A stretch of 55,994 nucleotides of DNA from Priapulus caudatus (Eukaryota), in the NCBI RefSeq assembly GCF_000485595.1, contig NW_014577086.1, positions 575,864 to 631,857 of the forward strand, read 5' to 3'. Below, one piece after another: positions 1 through 12,717 of this stretch (the first letter of the stretch is position 1; every line of letters starts with the position of its first letter). The position numbers and the translations under genes are program-made. Under the pieces are notes generated by a model, which did not search any database, was not told the DNA's origin, and was given only the letters and a program-made list of their open reading frames with translations.

Positions 1-2099
1 GGGACAGGGCGAGATTTTAGACATTTTCGGAGGACATCGGTCTGACGGACCGAGTTGAAAGACTTTTTTGTTTTCAGCGGTGACCTAGCATTTTTATGTA
101 GCTTCTATTGAAAGGACCATGAAATTTGTACTTTTCTGCTGACATGCGAAGATAAGTGTTCGGGATAAACCTTTTGCACCCTCAAGCAGAAGGTTAAACA
201 TGGTATTTTTGACTGTTAACAAAGCGACTGAATGCTTTTTGCTATTGGTGGAAGTGTGAGGCTACAGGTTGCCACAGCTTCAATTGCAAAGGCAAATGTA
301 TTGTTGAACAAGGTTTACGCTCCTTAAATCATATTATTTTCTAAAGCAGTCTGTTTAGCACCCTGAGCTAAGCACCCTGCTATAGCCGACACTGTAATGA
401 ACCCTGAATGCGTCGCGTTGTTGTAGTGGCAAAACCATGGGGGCAGCCCATTACGCATGCATGGCGGCGTGAACTGGCACTATTCTAATCATAAGGTAGT
501 CTGCCTGGCAACCTGGCAATGCAGATTGGTTAACTCACGCTGTAGCGAAATTCTCGCCTGGCTGAATATACTTGGATTTCAGCAACTCAATGGAGTGAGG
601 TTAATCACGCACGTAAGGGTGGAATGCCATCTGTGATTATTGATGACACTTGCACCGCGCCATCTCGACGGCAACTGCATTTTGCCTATTAGACGCTCCC
701 TCCACCCGCCCCCCTCCCCCCACTCTCCCCCATCACACACTACGCTCGCCGCTGGAGCGCATATCCATGATACATGTTCATATCAGCGAAGTCAGTAAAG
801 TTACACAGCTGTACTTTATTACGGTACTAACCTGGATTGCGTTATAGCAAAGAGCCTAAGTATCATAGATTTTAGATAGATCTGTATATAGTATCCTAGA
901 TATATGGCTGCTGAGCTACGAACGCCGTGGATGGCGCAGGGTGCTCCTTCATTTGTTTGCCAGTGGAGTTAGCACCGAAACACCTGTCGTCAGGTGAGCG
1001 CTGTCGCTCTGTCGGCACTTGTTATGGGTTAAATTGCCTGCATTGATATTCTGTATTTTACATATTGTTTGATCGCTGAACATACACTCCGTGACGCATA
1101 CCCAAAGCCTATAGCAAGCAATTAATGTCAGGAATTTAACTAATATGAAATCGTCCATGGTTTTTTGGATTTTTAACTAGTTGGAGTGGAAAACAATCTT
1201 GATCATGGTAGGAATTTAAACAATACGTTTAGTCCCGTTAGTTCTTACTTGTTAATGCCTAAAAAAATGGCAACAAAAATTTTAAAATTTACCATAGAAA
1301 ATTCGTGACGTAGTCAATTTAAGGGAGGAGAATCATAGACGGAAAACAAGGTAAATTGAATATGATTTATTCACATATTGATAGAATATTTACAGTTGAA
1401 AACTATGCAAAACGCTGCGGTGGTCATACACTGTCATAACTCTTTCTCTATTATGCAGCCTCATTGGCGTATATGAAACTAAAAACGATTATCAATGCAC
1501 GTATGAGTTTGTCTGTATGAGTTATGCTTGCGTACGGTTAAATTGTTTCTGTCATTCCGTATTGGAATTACTTGGATCAAGAGTCAGTTGGGCTACCTCT
1601 CTGGCCTCCCTCTTTAGTCATAGTCGTGTGCAAATTTGATGTAAAATTTATTCTTACTGCTCATCGGCTGTGCAGTCTTGCTTAATGATCTCTGGTCTAT
1701 TATTTGGATCAACTTTGCCGTGTCTTTGTCTCTTTTCGTCATCTTCGATAATAGTCTCTTGGATTATTGAAGACTAATATTGTATGAGGTCTATGTTGGT
1801 ATTGATAACTGTCACTGTCATTGTCAGGGAAGCACACCTATGTAATGCAGACATACCAAGTCAACACGCATTAAAAGCTGCAAATATATATGAAAAACAG
1901 TTTCAAATCTGCACAAATGAGATGTTTATTTTAGAGTGCCAGTTTCCAATAAGCCCAGATAATAATAGAAATAAGCTAAAATAATAGTTGTTGACATGAC
2001 AATCTCTAGGTAGCACTCGATCATGCTGAGCGTGGATCATTGCGTTTGACATGTGCCGTCTGCCAGGGATCCTTTAAGTTTAAGCTTCTTTGATTTCTG

Positions 2100-2580
2100 T
2101 TATTGTATCCCCCGCCGACGAAGCAGGCGGGGAATACTATGGTTTCCATGTCTCCCCAGCCGACCGCCGCTCGGTCCTCTGTAGAGATTTCCCTTTCCGC
2201 CTCTAACTCGGCCCCTTAATTGAACCTAGCGCTAGCCAAACTTGTGTATTACTTACACATACTTGGGAAGAAGTGAGCAGCCAGTACCAAAAACCAGGTC
2301 ACGGCGACCTTTATTTGACCTATTACCCTGACCTTGACATATTTCCCATTACCGCTGCTCATAACTCGGCCTCCTAAAATGACCTAGCGCACCAAACTTG
2401 GTATACTTACAGTCATACTGTGGGAGAAGGTGCAGGGCACGTACCAAAACGCAGTCCACTGCCGACTCTTATTGACCTTATTAATGTTTCCCTTGCCGCT
2501 CTCGTAACTCGGCCCCTAATATGACCCTAGCGTTACCAAACTTGGATACTTGACACACATTGGGGAGAAGGTGAGCAGCA
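2100..2580 (+). mobile_element. HINE-like element 5' end with tandem array (noisy); inverted partner at about 3815-4086
   Basis: TTATTGTATCCCCCG...GGGATACTATGG hairpin; repeats resemble 51950-52290. Confidence 0.65.
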
Positions 2581-3039
2581 TATTATTTCAAACAATTACT
2601 GTTACTCAAGCAACAACGGTAGGCATCATGAAAGTAAGAATAAACACTAAAAAACGCTGAAAAAAACTCGCAATGATCGCTTTAATGGAGCGTTAGCCGG
2701 AATTGAGCGAAAAGCTACTATCGGGAATGACACACAAGTGTGCCGGCACGCAAAAATATACGTGTGAATTTCATTACGATTTTCCATGGATTACCGTTCT
2801 ATAATCCTACGGGTCTACGTAGGCACGCTCGCAGGTACACACGCGCAAACACAGGCACGCGCGCAGGCACGGACACACAGGCACGTGTGCAGGCACGCTT
2901 ACTGTACAGGCACGCGTACAGGCACGTGTAGGTACATGTACAGTTACGTGTACAGGCACGCGCGCATGAATCAGAGCAAGCAGCTCAGAAGACGTAGACG
3001 CACTGTATGATTCGACTGCCCGACAAGTGGGAGCACATG

Positions 3040-3416
3040 TAGAGACTGCACATTTCCATAAAAACGGAAAATGGACGGAAATCACGGAATCACCCCCTCT
3101 GAAACGGAATCACCAGTTTCACCAAAAATAACCTCCCAAAACACAAAAATAACCTTTAAAACAGCTCAAATCACTCCCAACACACAAAATGATTATGAAA
3201 ACTTATCTTACATTCATCACTTTAACCCTCCAAAAGAAATTACAGATCCAAAAAAAATTACAAACACAAAAAAACAGGCATCCATCAATGTTTTCTCTTA
3301 ATTTTAATTATTTCTGAATTAAAATGTAGAAATTTGCTGAAACGGAATTGAAGTGGAATTTAGTAATCTCTGAAACGGAATTTGGCAAATTTTGAAGCGG
3401 AAATGTGCACTCTCTA
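3040..3416. mobile_element. hAT-like MITE with 6-bp TSD
   Basis: TIR TAGAGACTGCACATTTCC / GGAAATGTGCACTCTCTA; CACATG on both sides. Confidence 0.75.
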
Positions 3417-6052
3417 CACATGCAGGGCTCGAATTTCCCCAGTTTGATAACTACTCCGTATGAATTTGTTCCTTCACAAATGAGCAAATCCGCTCAAAAT
3501 CTAAGTAATCCGTACAGGGTAGGCTAAATTTTACTATGAAAGAAAAAATTGCATGCAGGACAAACCGTCCTGAATAAAATACCTTAAAGTTAAACATTGC
3601 TATTTTAGCATTGGGAGCTCAGCATTTTATTGTACAGATTTGTCAGATAGTTGATTGAAATGCTGTATAATGGCTCTGTCACCACAGACTGTGTCTGCTC
3701 TGTGTACATTTAAAGGAACAGTAGCCTCTAGGTTCTAGGGTTATTTTCAGCTAATTTAGGTTATAATTGCGCTACATAAAAAGTTTCATGGTTCAATCAC
3801 CATTAAAAATATTTTAGGTCATTTTAGGAGCCCGAGTTAGAGAGCGGAAGGGAAATATGATCAAGGTCAAGGTAAGGTCAAATAAAGGTCGCAGTGACCT
3901 GCGTTTTGGTTACGCTGGCTCACCTTCTCCCAAGAATGTGTAAAGTATACCAAGTTTCGGCTAGCGCTAGGTCAATTAGGGGCCGAGTTAGAGAGCGGAA
4001 GGGAATTCTCTACGAGCGGACCGAGCGGCGGCGGCTGGGAGACATGAAACCATAGTATCCCGCGACTTCGTCGCGGGGGATACAATAACAGAAATCAAGA
4101 AGCTAAACTTAAAGGCGATGCCTGGAAGACGGCCACATGTCAAACGCAATGATCACGCTCAGATGATCGAGTGCTACTAGATGTCAATGTCACAACTATT
4201 ATTTAGTTATTTCTTAATTATTATCTGCTTTTGGAAACTGCACTTCTAAAATAAACAATCTCATTTGTGCAGATTTGAAATGTTTTTCATATATATTGCA
4301 GCTTAATGCGTGTTGACTTGGTATGTCTGAATTACATAGTGTGCTTCCCTGACAATGAGCAGTGACAGTTACAATACCACATAACCTCATAAATATTAGT
4401 CTTCAAAATCCAAGAGACTTATATCGATGACGAAAAGAGACAAAGACACAAAGTTGATCAAATAATAGACAGAGATCATTCAACAAGACTGCACACAGAT
4501 GACAGTAGAAAATTTTTAACTCAAATTTGGCACACGACTATGACTAAAGAGGGGAGAAGAGAGGTACCAACTACTTTGATCAATATTCCAATTACGGGAA
4601 TGACAGAAACAATTTAACTACGAAGCATAACTCATCAGACATAACTCATACGTCATTGATAATCGTTTTAGTTTCATATACGCCAAAGCTATAATAGAGA
4701 AGAGTATGACAGTGTATGAACCGCCAGCGTTTTGCATAGTTTTCAACTTGTAAATATTCTATCAATATGTGGAATAAATATATTCAAACTTTACCTTGTT
4801 TCGTCTATGATTCTCCTCCCTTAAATTGACTACGTCACGAATTTTCTATGGTAAATTTGTAAAATTTTGTTTGCCATTTTTTACATTAAAAGTAAGAACT
4901 AACGGGACTAAACGTATTGTTAAATTTCTTACCTGATAGTTGTTCCTCAACTAGTTAAAAATCCAAAAAACCTGGACGGATTTCATATTAGTTAAATTCC
5001 TGACATTAATTGCTTGCTAATAGGCTTTGTATGCGTCACGAGTGTATGTTCACATCAAACATATATAGTAAATAAGAAATATATGCAGCAATTTAACCAT
5101 TAAAAGTGCCGCAGAGCGACAGCGCTCACCTGACGAAGAGTGTTCGGATGCTAAACTCATGGCAAACAAATGAGAGCACCCTCCCATCACGGCGTTCGCG
5201 CTCAGAGCATATATCTAGGATACTACTAATACAGATCTATCTAAAATCTATGATAGCTAGGCTTTGCTATAGCCGTAGTACAGTATAAAAGATAAGCTGT
5301 GTAACTTTAATGACTTCGCTATTGAACATGTTATCATGGATATGCGTCAAGCGCGAGCGTCAGTGGTGGATGTGGGGGAGAGTGGGGGAGGGGGCGGGTG
5401 GAGGAGCTCTAATAGCCAAATCAGTTGCCCGCGACGATGCGCGCGTGCAAGTGTCATCAATTAATCAAAGATGGCATCACCCTTCGTGCGTGATAACCTC
5501 ACTCCATTGAGTGCTGAAATCCAAGTATATTCAGGCAGGCGAGACATTTCGCTCAGCTGGATTAACAATCTGCATTGCAGGTTGCCAGGCAAATAATTAT
5601 GATTAGAATAGTGCAGTTCACCCCTATGCATGCGTAATGGGCTGCCCCCATGTTTTTGCCTACACACGCGAGCATTCAGGTTCATTACAGTGTGCTATTA
5701 CAGGGTGCTACTCAGGTGCTATACAGACTGCTTTAGAAATATATGATTTAAGAGCGGCTAAACTTGTTCACAAACATTTGCCTTTGCAATTGAACTGGGC
5801 AACTGTAGCCTCACATCCACAATAGCAAAAGCAGTTCAGTTCCTTGTTAAAGTCAAAAATCCATGTTTAACCCTTCTCTTGAGGTGTCAAAAGGTTATCC
5901 GACACTTATTCTTCGCATGTCAGCAGAAGTACATTTCATGGTCCTTTCAATAAAGCATAAAAATGCTAGTCACCGCTGAAACAAAAAAGTCTTCAATCGC
6001 TCCGTCAGACCATGTCGCTCAGAAAATGTCTAAAATCTGCCCTGTGCCCCAT

Positions 6053-6341
6053 TGACCTTTGACCTCCAATTTCGGCACAGTGATGGCTTTTCCTACCATG
6101 ATGCTATACACCGACTATCACGAGCTAGGATGAGCCGTTTAGATTTTTGCCCGCATTCTGCATTTCCTCCCTATACCTTAAGTTAAGGAAGGAATGTTCC
6201 CTTCTTTACACCTCTTGACCTTTGACCTTTTTTGACACAGTGATGGCTTTTCCTACCATGATGCTATAAACCGACTATCACGAGGCGTTTAGATTTGTGC
6301 GCTATTCTGCATTTCCTCCCTATACCTTAAGTTAAGGAAGG
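6053..6341. repeat. About 160-bp tandem repeat (2 copies) ending at a gap
   Basis: TGACCTTTGACCT...CACAGTGATGGCTTTTCCTACCATG...TTAAGGAAGG occurs twice. Confidence 0.75.
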
Positions 6342-7869
6342 NNNNNNNNNNCTTAAAAATGTTTAAAACTTAACGGACTACAGTTTGATTTACAAACGAG
6401 GTGGCGCCACCTCAAGCGCCCGATCTGAGAAGTTGCCCGCAAAACCACTTTCCAGCCAAGGGCCTACAGACGAGTGTATTTCTTATTTAATTCATTTTAA
6501 GCAACAAGGATTTGCTAATGATTTATAAACGACAGGTATAGTTTCAGTTATATATGGGATAATATTTGCCCCTAAAATAATACTCGTTTCTCGGTTAAAT
6601 ATAGCGATTTAGTAATAAATCATATTGACTTTTTGTGATGTATCCTCGCGGTCATTTACGCAACAATAAAAATTGCAACCATACGCAACATTTTTCAGGG
6701 CGGGGTGTCAGCACGGTCGCCGGGCCGGGAGCGAGCAGGACCAGGGTGTCATTGGCGGCCGTTCAATTCGAGCGTTTGATGGTAATTAATAATTAAGTAT
6801 CTGGTGACAAATAATGTAGGTTATAGACGATTGTTATACAGTAAGTACAGTGTATGCAGGCTGAAATCCTTATGAGGCTAGCTGTCCCTTTATGATTTTC
6901 AAGACAAAAGTTGACTAAGAAGTTGCTGAGGTGGACAGGAGCACTGCTAACGACAAGGTTCTTCTTTTTTATGTAATGCCGTCGATTTCCTTTAGGTTTT
7001 CCTCATGAAATCTGTCAACAAATCAGTATTACCGGATTTACCTCTGAATTTCGGGGAGCCTGGCAGCTGACGATGCGGCATAGAGTAAACAGTTAATAAG
7101 GAAATGTAATAGTTTATGCTACAGTGCGGCGCTGTGACTACAGGCTTACGTTCACGACGAGATCAGCCCCCTATTACTCTGAATTCGGCTGAAATACCAC
7201 CCGTTGCTAACCACAACCCGCAGACGTTCACCCACTGATGAATCGAGGCTTAGCTTGGCTAGGTATAATTAGTAACATAATTTCTCGCGTTAGACTTAGG
7301 GGAAGTGTTTTTTCATTGATGGTGGGCTGCCCCATGAAAGTCAGTTGTTTTTGTGGCCCAGTTTTTCACGTAAACTTACACAAAATTATGATCCAGATGA
7401 ACATACGATATGCTTTGGTGATGGACGATTATCAAAAGGAAATTCGGGAGAAATATTTTCAATGCGCATGAGCCTAAGTTGAAAAAACGACACTCCGGCG
7501 CCTAGCTATCAATGTAGCGCACTACAGGTTTCACAGCTTACGAGACCGCCTCAAAATTGCCGTTCACACGACTGACAATACGCCGACCAGCGTGGTGCCG
7601 TTGTTTTCAGCGCGGAATCACTTCCGCCCGACCCGAATAAGCTTCGTGTATTTCAGTACGTACTTGGCGAAGCCGCGGCTATAATGTCTGAATATTTATT
7701 TTTACCGTCTCTGTGAACGCCTCAGTACAGTACTGCAAATCCTCGTTGTTGAACGCAGCTTACACGATACGTCGTCCCGTTCGACAGTGCCAGCTGCAGT
7801 TGCATCCCCCAGCTTCGACATCCCAACTCGTTTTGACAATCCCCCCCAACGTCCCGAATATCGTGACCG

Positions 7870-7990
7870 TACGTCGAGCGGTTAAGATTTGTGCCCAACT
7901 GTTGACGGACGCACGGACGCACGCACGCACAGACGGACGATCATGCGATTCTACAAGCTGCATCTGCCTATGGTCAGATGAGCTAAAAAG
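7870..7990 (-). mobile_element. HINE-like 5' end
   Basis: TTTTAGCTCATCTG...CAGATGCAGCT hairpin followed by a CGTC/CGTG microsatellite on the minus strand. Confidence 0.55.
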
Positions 7991-10297
7991 TGAACAGAAT
8001 TACTTATAATTATATTTTGTGAAAAAGTGCTTTTTGTTTTTTGTTTTTTTACTATTTACGGTACCGTAATCACTTTTATCATATGACACCACCAATTTAC
8101 CTGAAAATCGTATGTGTTCTTCCAAAAAGTTCTTTGAATACGACATGGTTTCACAGTTTTCCTAAATGTTGGCATTAGGGAGAATCATATTCATAGACGA
8201 AAACAAGGTCTGGATAGTAAAGCTTAATTAAGGCTTATAGAGCTATAGTTAAGGTAAAGCTTGAATATATTTATTCACATATTGCTAGAATATTTGTTAC
8301 TATTAGTATTATCTATAGAATCAAAAAATGTTCTATATATATATATAGAAGTTGAAAACTATGCAAAACGCTGTTAAAACGCGTCTTCATTATTATGAGC
8401 TTTTGAAATACGCCCATACGGTTCTCAGTAGCTCATTGCCAACCAATCCCTTGAAGAGCTCATGTTCATTTCGCTATAAAAGTACAGCATCAAGGGGAGC
8501 CAAGGCAGACAGCTCGACTGCACACTGGAAATTTTTATTACAGTTAACATGTCTATCACGAGGATTCACACAACCTAACTAAATAATTTTACGTCCAAAA
8601 TCTGCTCTAGTTCATAATATAACTCACCACTGGATTTGGAGTCGCCATCACTTCTGATTTAAGACAAAACTTCACAAACCATATCAGAAGAGAGCGGGCG
8701 CACCGTCCGCCATACACTGTCTGAGCTTGCCTGCTTTTATACTGTGGTTTATAATGGCGTATGAACCTAATACCTAAGGGCACATCCGCGGCGCTAGGTC
8801 TCACATTGGCATTTCCCTGCTAGTTAACTATCGCCGGGTACAGGGATCTCCGTGAGGGCATGACGATCGATCGATGACGTTGCATGACGTCAGATGTCAC
8901 CAAGGCTTTATAATCTCTCGCCAAACCCATAAACAATAGCTAAACTTTGCTCAAAGTATAACGCACAAAGCATCATAATATAAATGAGAGTACTTATGTA
9001 TGTACATACTCACGTACGCACGCACGCACACAGGCAGGCGCGCGCACACACATTGACATTGTAAGTGTCATTTGTAACACATTATTGTCATTGACGCGCG
9101 CCATTCTCAGCCTGAACCTGAGGTCAGTTGGTTGTGGGTTGTGTCGCAGCAGTGCCCCTAATAATAATAATAATAATAGCATAATAATAATAGCAATAAT
9201 AATAATAGCAGTCGTAATAATAATAAATGTATTATATATAATACATACATGCGAAATATATTATATACAGCTCAGCTAGTGCTTGAAGCCGTTGTCGATT
9301 TATGTTTGTGCCAAAATTTACAATATTTACATCATGATTCATAATTAAAATACTAAAAACTTCAAAAATATCAGAATGCTTCAAAATAGTCTAATAATAT
9401 TACAACTTAGAACACCCGAGTGTTGCAGTGAGCCACTAAACTAAACTAAATCATTTAGGAAATGACAGAACATCTAGAGTGTTACTCTGTCTATATTTGA
9501 TAAACTTTGATCGTCTTTGATTTAGTCCCTTGTACGTTGAAGACTATAGTCAGTATATAAGGTTATGAAAACAATGAACAAACGCAGCCCTACTATTGTG
9601 TCACTCTTTTGTCCTGGCAATGCCAGTTTTTTTTTGTAGAGTGACTTGCTCTGAAAACCGATTTATTTATACACTATAACTAATACTACTTGACATGCTT
9701 AGTGTGGAATTACTCAGTATAGAAAAAAAACGTGTTTGCATGCATATTCTACATTTACAGAACTGAACTTCTGAAGTGAATAAATAACATTTTTTTATAC
9801 ATTCCTGAAATTATACGCCAATCTTATAGCATTAATGGATATATACGGAAATAATCCTGGACCATGTATGGCTATAACATGTACGACCACTACAATAAAA
9901 CCATGAAACACAATTTACTAATGTACTTTTTTATTTTCTGTTTGCTTCCACATTGTTTTCATGTATATGTTTACACCATGATCATCATCATAACAACATA
10001 AATAATGCTTGAACAGCATCCACAAACATTAGCACTATAACCTCCTACAATGGAGTATAGTCCTTTCATTAACTTCAATATTTCTCTTTTGTCCAACGGT
10101 TTATATTCTATACACAATTTTTACATAGAGAGCTACGAAACCCTTGTTTCAGATAAAAGCAGCAAAAATGCAGGCATATCACTGATATGCAAAATCTTAC
10201 TAATGCTCTCACTCCCCAGTTTGAACCAGCTTCAAAAATTCGTGCACAGGCACAGGGAAATGTTAAGAAGTTTGCCATCTGCATAGATTGATACTAT

Positions 10298-10335
10298 CAA
10301 GAGTACATAATGGGAGATCCCATTATGTACTCTTG
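10298..10335. mobile_element. 38-bp palindromic TIR remnant with 7-bp TSD ATACTAT
   Basis: CAAGAGTACATAATGGGA-GA-TCCCATTATGTACTCTTG. Confidence 0.7.
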
Positions 10336-11947
10336 ATACTATTCATCACAGCACTACCCAGTGTGAGCAGCACACCCAATTCTGATTTCTCTCTACTTAT
10401 TTATGAAAACAAAAATTGCATATTTCCGTTGTGGAAGTGACAGATAAGTGAATGGAAATAAATAACAATAAAAATCTCTACACCTGGACTTGAACCATTG
10501 GCCTACATATTTTCACAGACTTTCTCTACAGAAGGCACTAAGCAGATTCTCGGTTATTAAGGTTGGACAACCTGCAGTGACTACACAAAATGACGTGAAC
10601 GTAACTGCAGGTGAATTTCCCAAGGATTGATCACAAGCGCACTCCTTATATCTAATACCTGTCGTAGACTCCACTCACGTACGTACGGATCGCCTGCATA
10701 TATCGTATTTATGAATTCTGTACAGCTGCAACCTTGCTCACAATTCATTTCAAGCAACCATTAATTAACCTCTTGGCTAATTGGCTAATTGTTTGTTTTG
10801 TGAAGAACATTAACAAGACTTCTGCATTATTTACAAACCGCATAGCAGACGATGTGTGTTCGCCTTGTTGGCCGACCGTTTCAGCCTAAAAGCACTGTTA
10901 TGGCAGTTCCCATTTTTCTACTACTGAACGGCACTACACAGCATTCAAAAACAACAGCTTCGTGTGACTAAATCAGACTACAATGCCACTGATAGGCTGA
11001 GAAAAGTTGGAATAGGTGGGCAAAAAGACCAACATGTATGAGGGTAGTCAACAGCAACTAATTCTGCTGGCCGATTCTACCCCAATGGAGATCTCCATTG
11101 GCTAGAGACAAGTCACAGTCTTCACTGTCTGGTCTCCATTCTAGAACAGAGACCAACTCGACCATACAGAATTCCCTGCCTTAAGATCATAACTTGGGCT
11201 CTAATCTTGCACATCACAATTCTACCATAAGGTTTTGTTTAGACCACTATACATTACACACAACTTTCAATATCGAGCTTTGCATGGCACCGGCCTTTTG
11301 TTTACTGCACAAAAATGTTTTATATACTACTTGTTACTGTCACTTCACCACCGTTCATCAATGAATCACATTACCTATTACATAAATTTTTCGCTAAAAC
11401 TATGATCGCCTGCAAACAGCACGTTTGGCTATTCATACCAGTGCCTATATGATATTTCAAGCGACCGTACGCTTACTTTGTTCAGTATAACTGGTGAGCA
11501 TATCTTGCTTGTTTTTCTTCACTAAACAAACGTATTATCTTGCTTGCATGCACGCAAGCATTTTCTTCCGCTGAAGAGTACCAAAATGTTGCCCAAGATC
11601 ACTCACGCAGAACGAAAGTTTCATTCATTGCAACAGAACAAAATCGCACACTATCAGATGCTGCAGAAAGCTACATCTGTTGCTGTCGACCCATGCCTAG
11701 TCTTCTGATCTCCATCCAAAAATATCCGACTTCTTGTTTGTCGTACATACAATCTGAAGTTTTCCCCCATCGATGCTAATACGTTATGTAAAATCTGGTG
11801 TTCGCACAAGCGCAATGCCGTAATTTTGTTCCGACAGGGGGCATCTGCTGCCCTCCCCCCCACCCTCCCCCCACATCACAGTGGCAGCAGACAAACAGCT
11901 GTCTTTACAGAGCCGTGCCTGAGGCCGTGCACGCACACACATGAGTT

Positions 11948-12717
11948 CTAGCTGGCGGGGCTGTGTCGACTCGGACTCTGATGGTACACGTTGCCCTGTA
12001 TGGTGTGCACGCTTCCCATGCCGGGCGCGTCATGGTAAATGTTGCTGTGGGCGCTGTGCCCGCTCGCCAGGCTCGCGTCGAGATGAGTGAGTCGTTCCTG
12101 CTCGTTCCGACCTCCGGGCGACAAAACCGTCGGCATCAGTGTTCTATCGACAGGGGGCGGCACGATTGCCGGCAGCGACATTGTCCTGTCGATGGGCGGC
12201 GACATCGTCTGCTCAACCGGCGCCGGCGCCGTCCGCTCGGCCGCCGCGGCCGGCGACGCCGGGCAGCTGCGGCCAGGCGGCACCACCGTATGGATTCGGT
12301 CCTTCTCCATGCTCTGCAGTCGCTCCAGAGCAAGTTTGTAAGTTTTCGGCGGCAGCTCCGGCACCGGCTCCGGCACCTCGGACACCGCCTGCGGCACGCT
12401 GCCGTTCACGGCACCCGTGGACTGGCCGCGCGGCAGTGTCGCGCTGCGCGGAAGCTCGGGCCGCGGCCGCGGGTTGTGCGGGCGTGGGAGGGTGCTGGAC
12501 GACTCCCTGCGCGGAGGAATCGGAGGCTTGACGCTCTCGCGCGGCGGCAGCTGCGGCGCGTCCGGTGCTTGCTGAACCTTGTTCGGCGAGAGCTCCTCGA
12601 CGGACAGCTCCCTCTTCCTGCGCGGCGGGAGCGGGGGAGGCTGCTGCACGGGTGGTACGGGTGGCTGGGACTGTTGCACCGGAGGAGTCACCGTGCCCGT
12701 CACCACCGGAGCGTGAA
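11948..12717 (-). CDS. SOS: SOS exon 24 (terminal, Grb2-SH3-binding PxxPxR motifs)
   Basis: [30 protein letters not shown]; phase-1 acceptor TTTTAG; TAG stop. Confidence 0.93.

Larger units (their letters stand above)
1..6050. repeat. Large imperfect inverted repeat (arms about 1-2385 and 3815-6050)
   Basis: The arms are reverse complements throughout, with dense 1-2 bp indels. Confidence 0.92.

Noticed and set aside
2810..2966. ORFs over CAGGCACGCG repeats
   Set aside because: Short degenerate minisatellite, probably the subterminal repeat of a transposon; not coding
6352..9000. Possible gene in the CpG-rich sequence downstream of SOS
   Set aside because: No coherent exon chain or recognisable protein; parts match dispersed repeats at about 1320-1420 and 30330-30395
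9660..9936. AATAAA signals on the minus strand as the SOS poly(A) site
   Set aside because: Several candidates in AT-rich sequence; cannot choose one without transcript data
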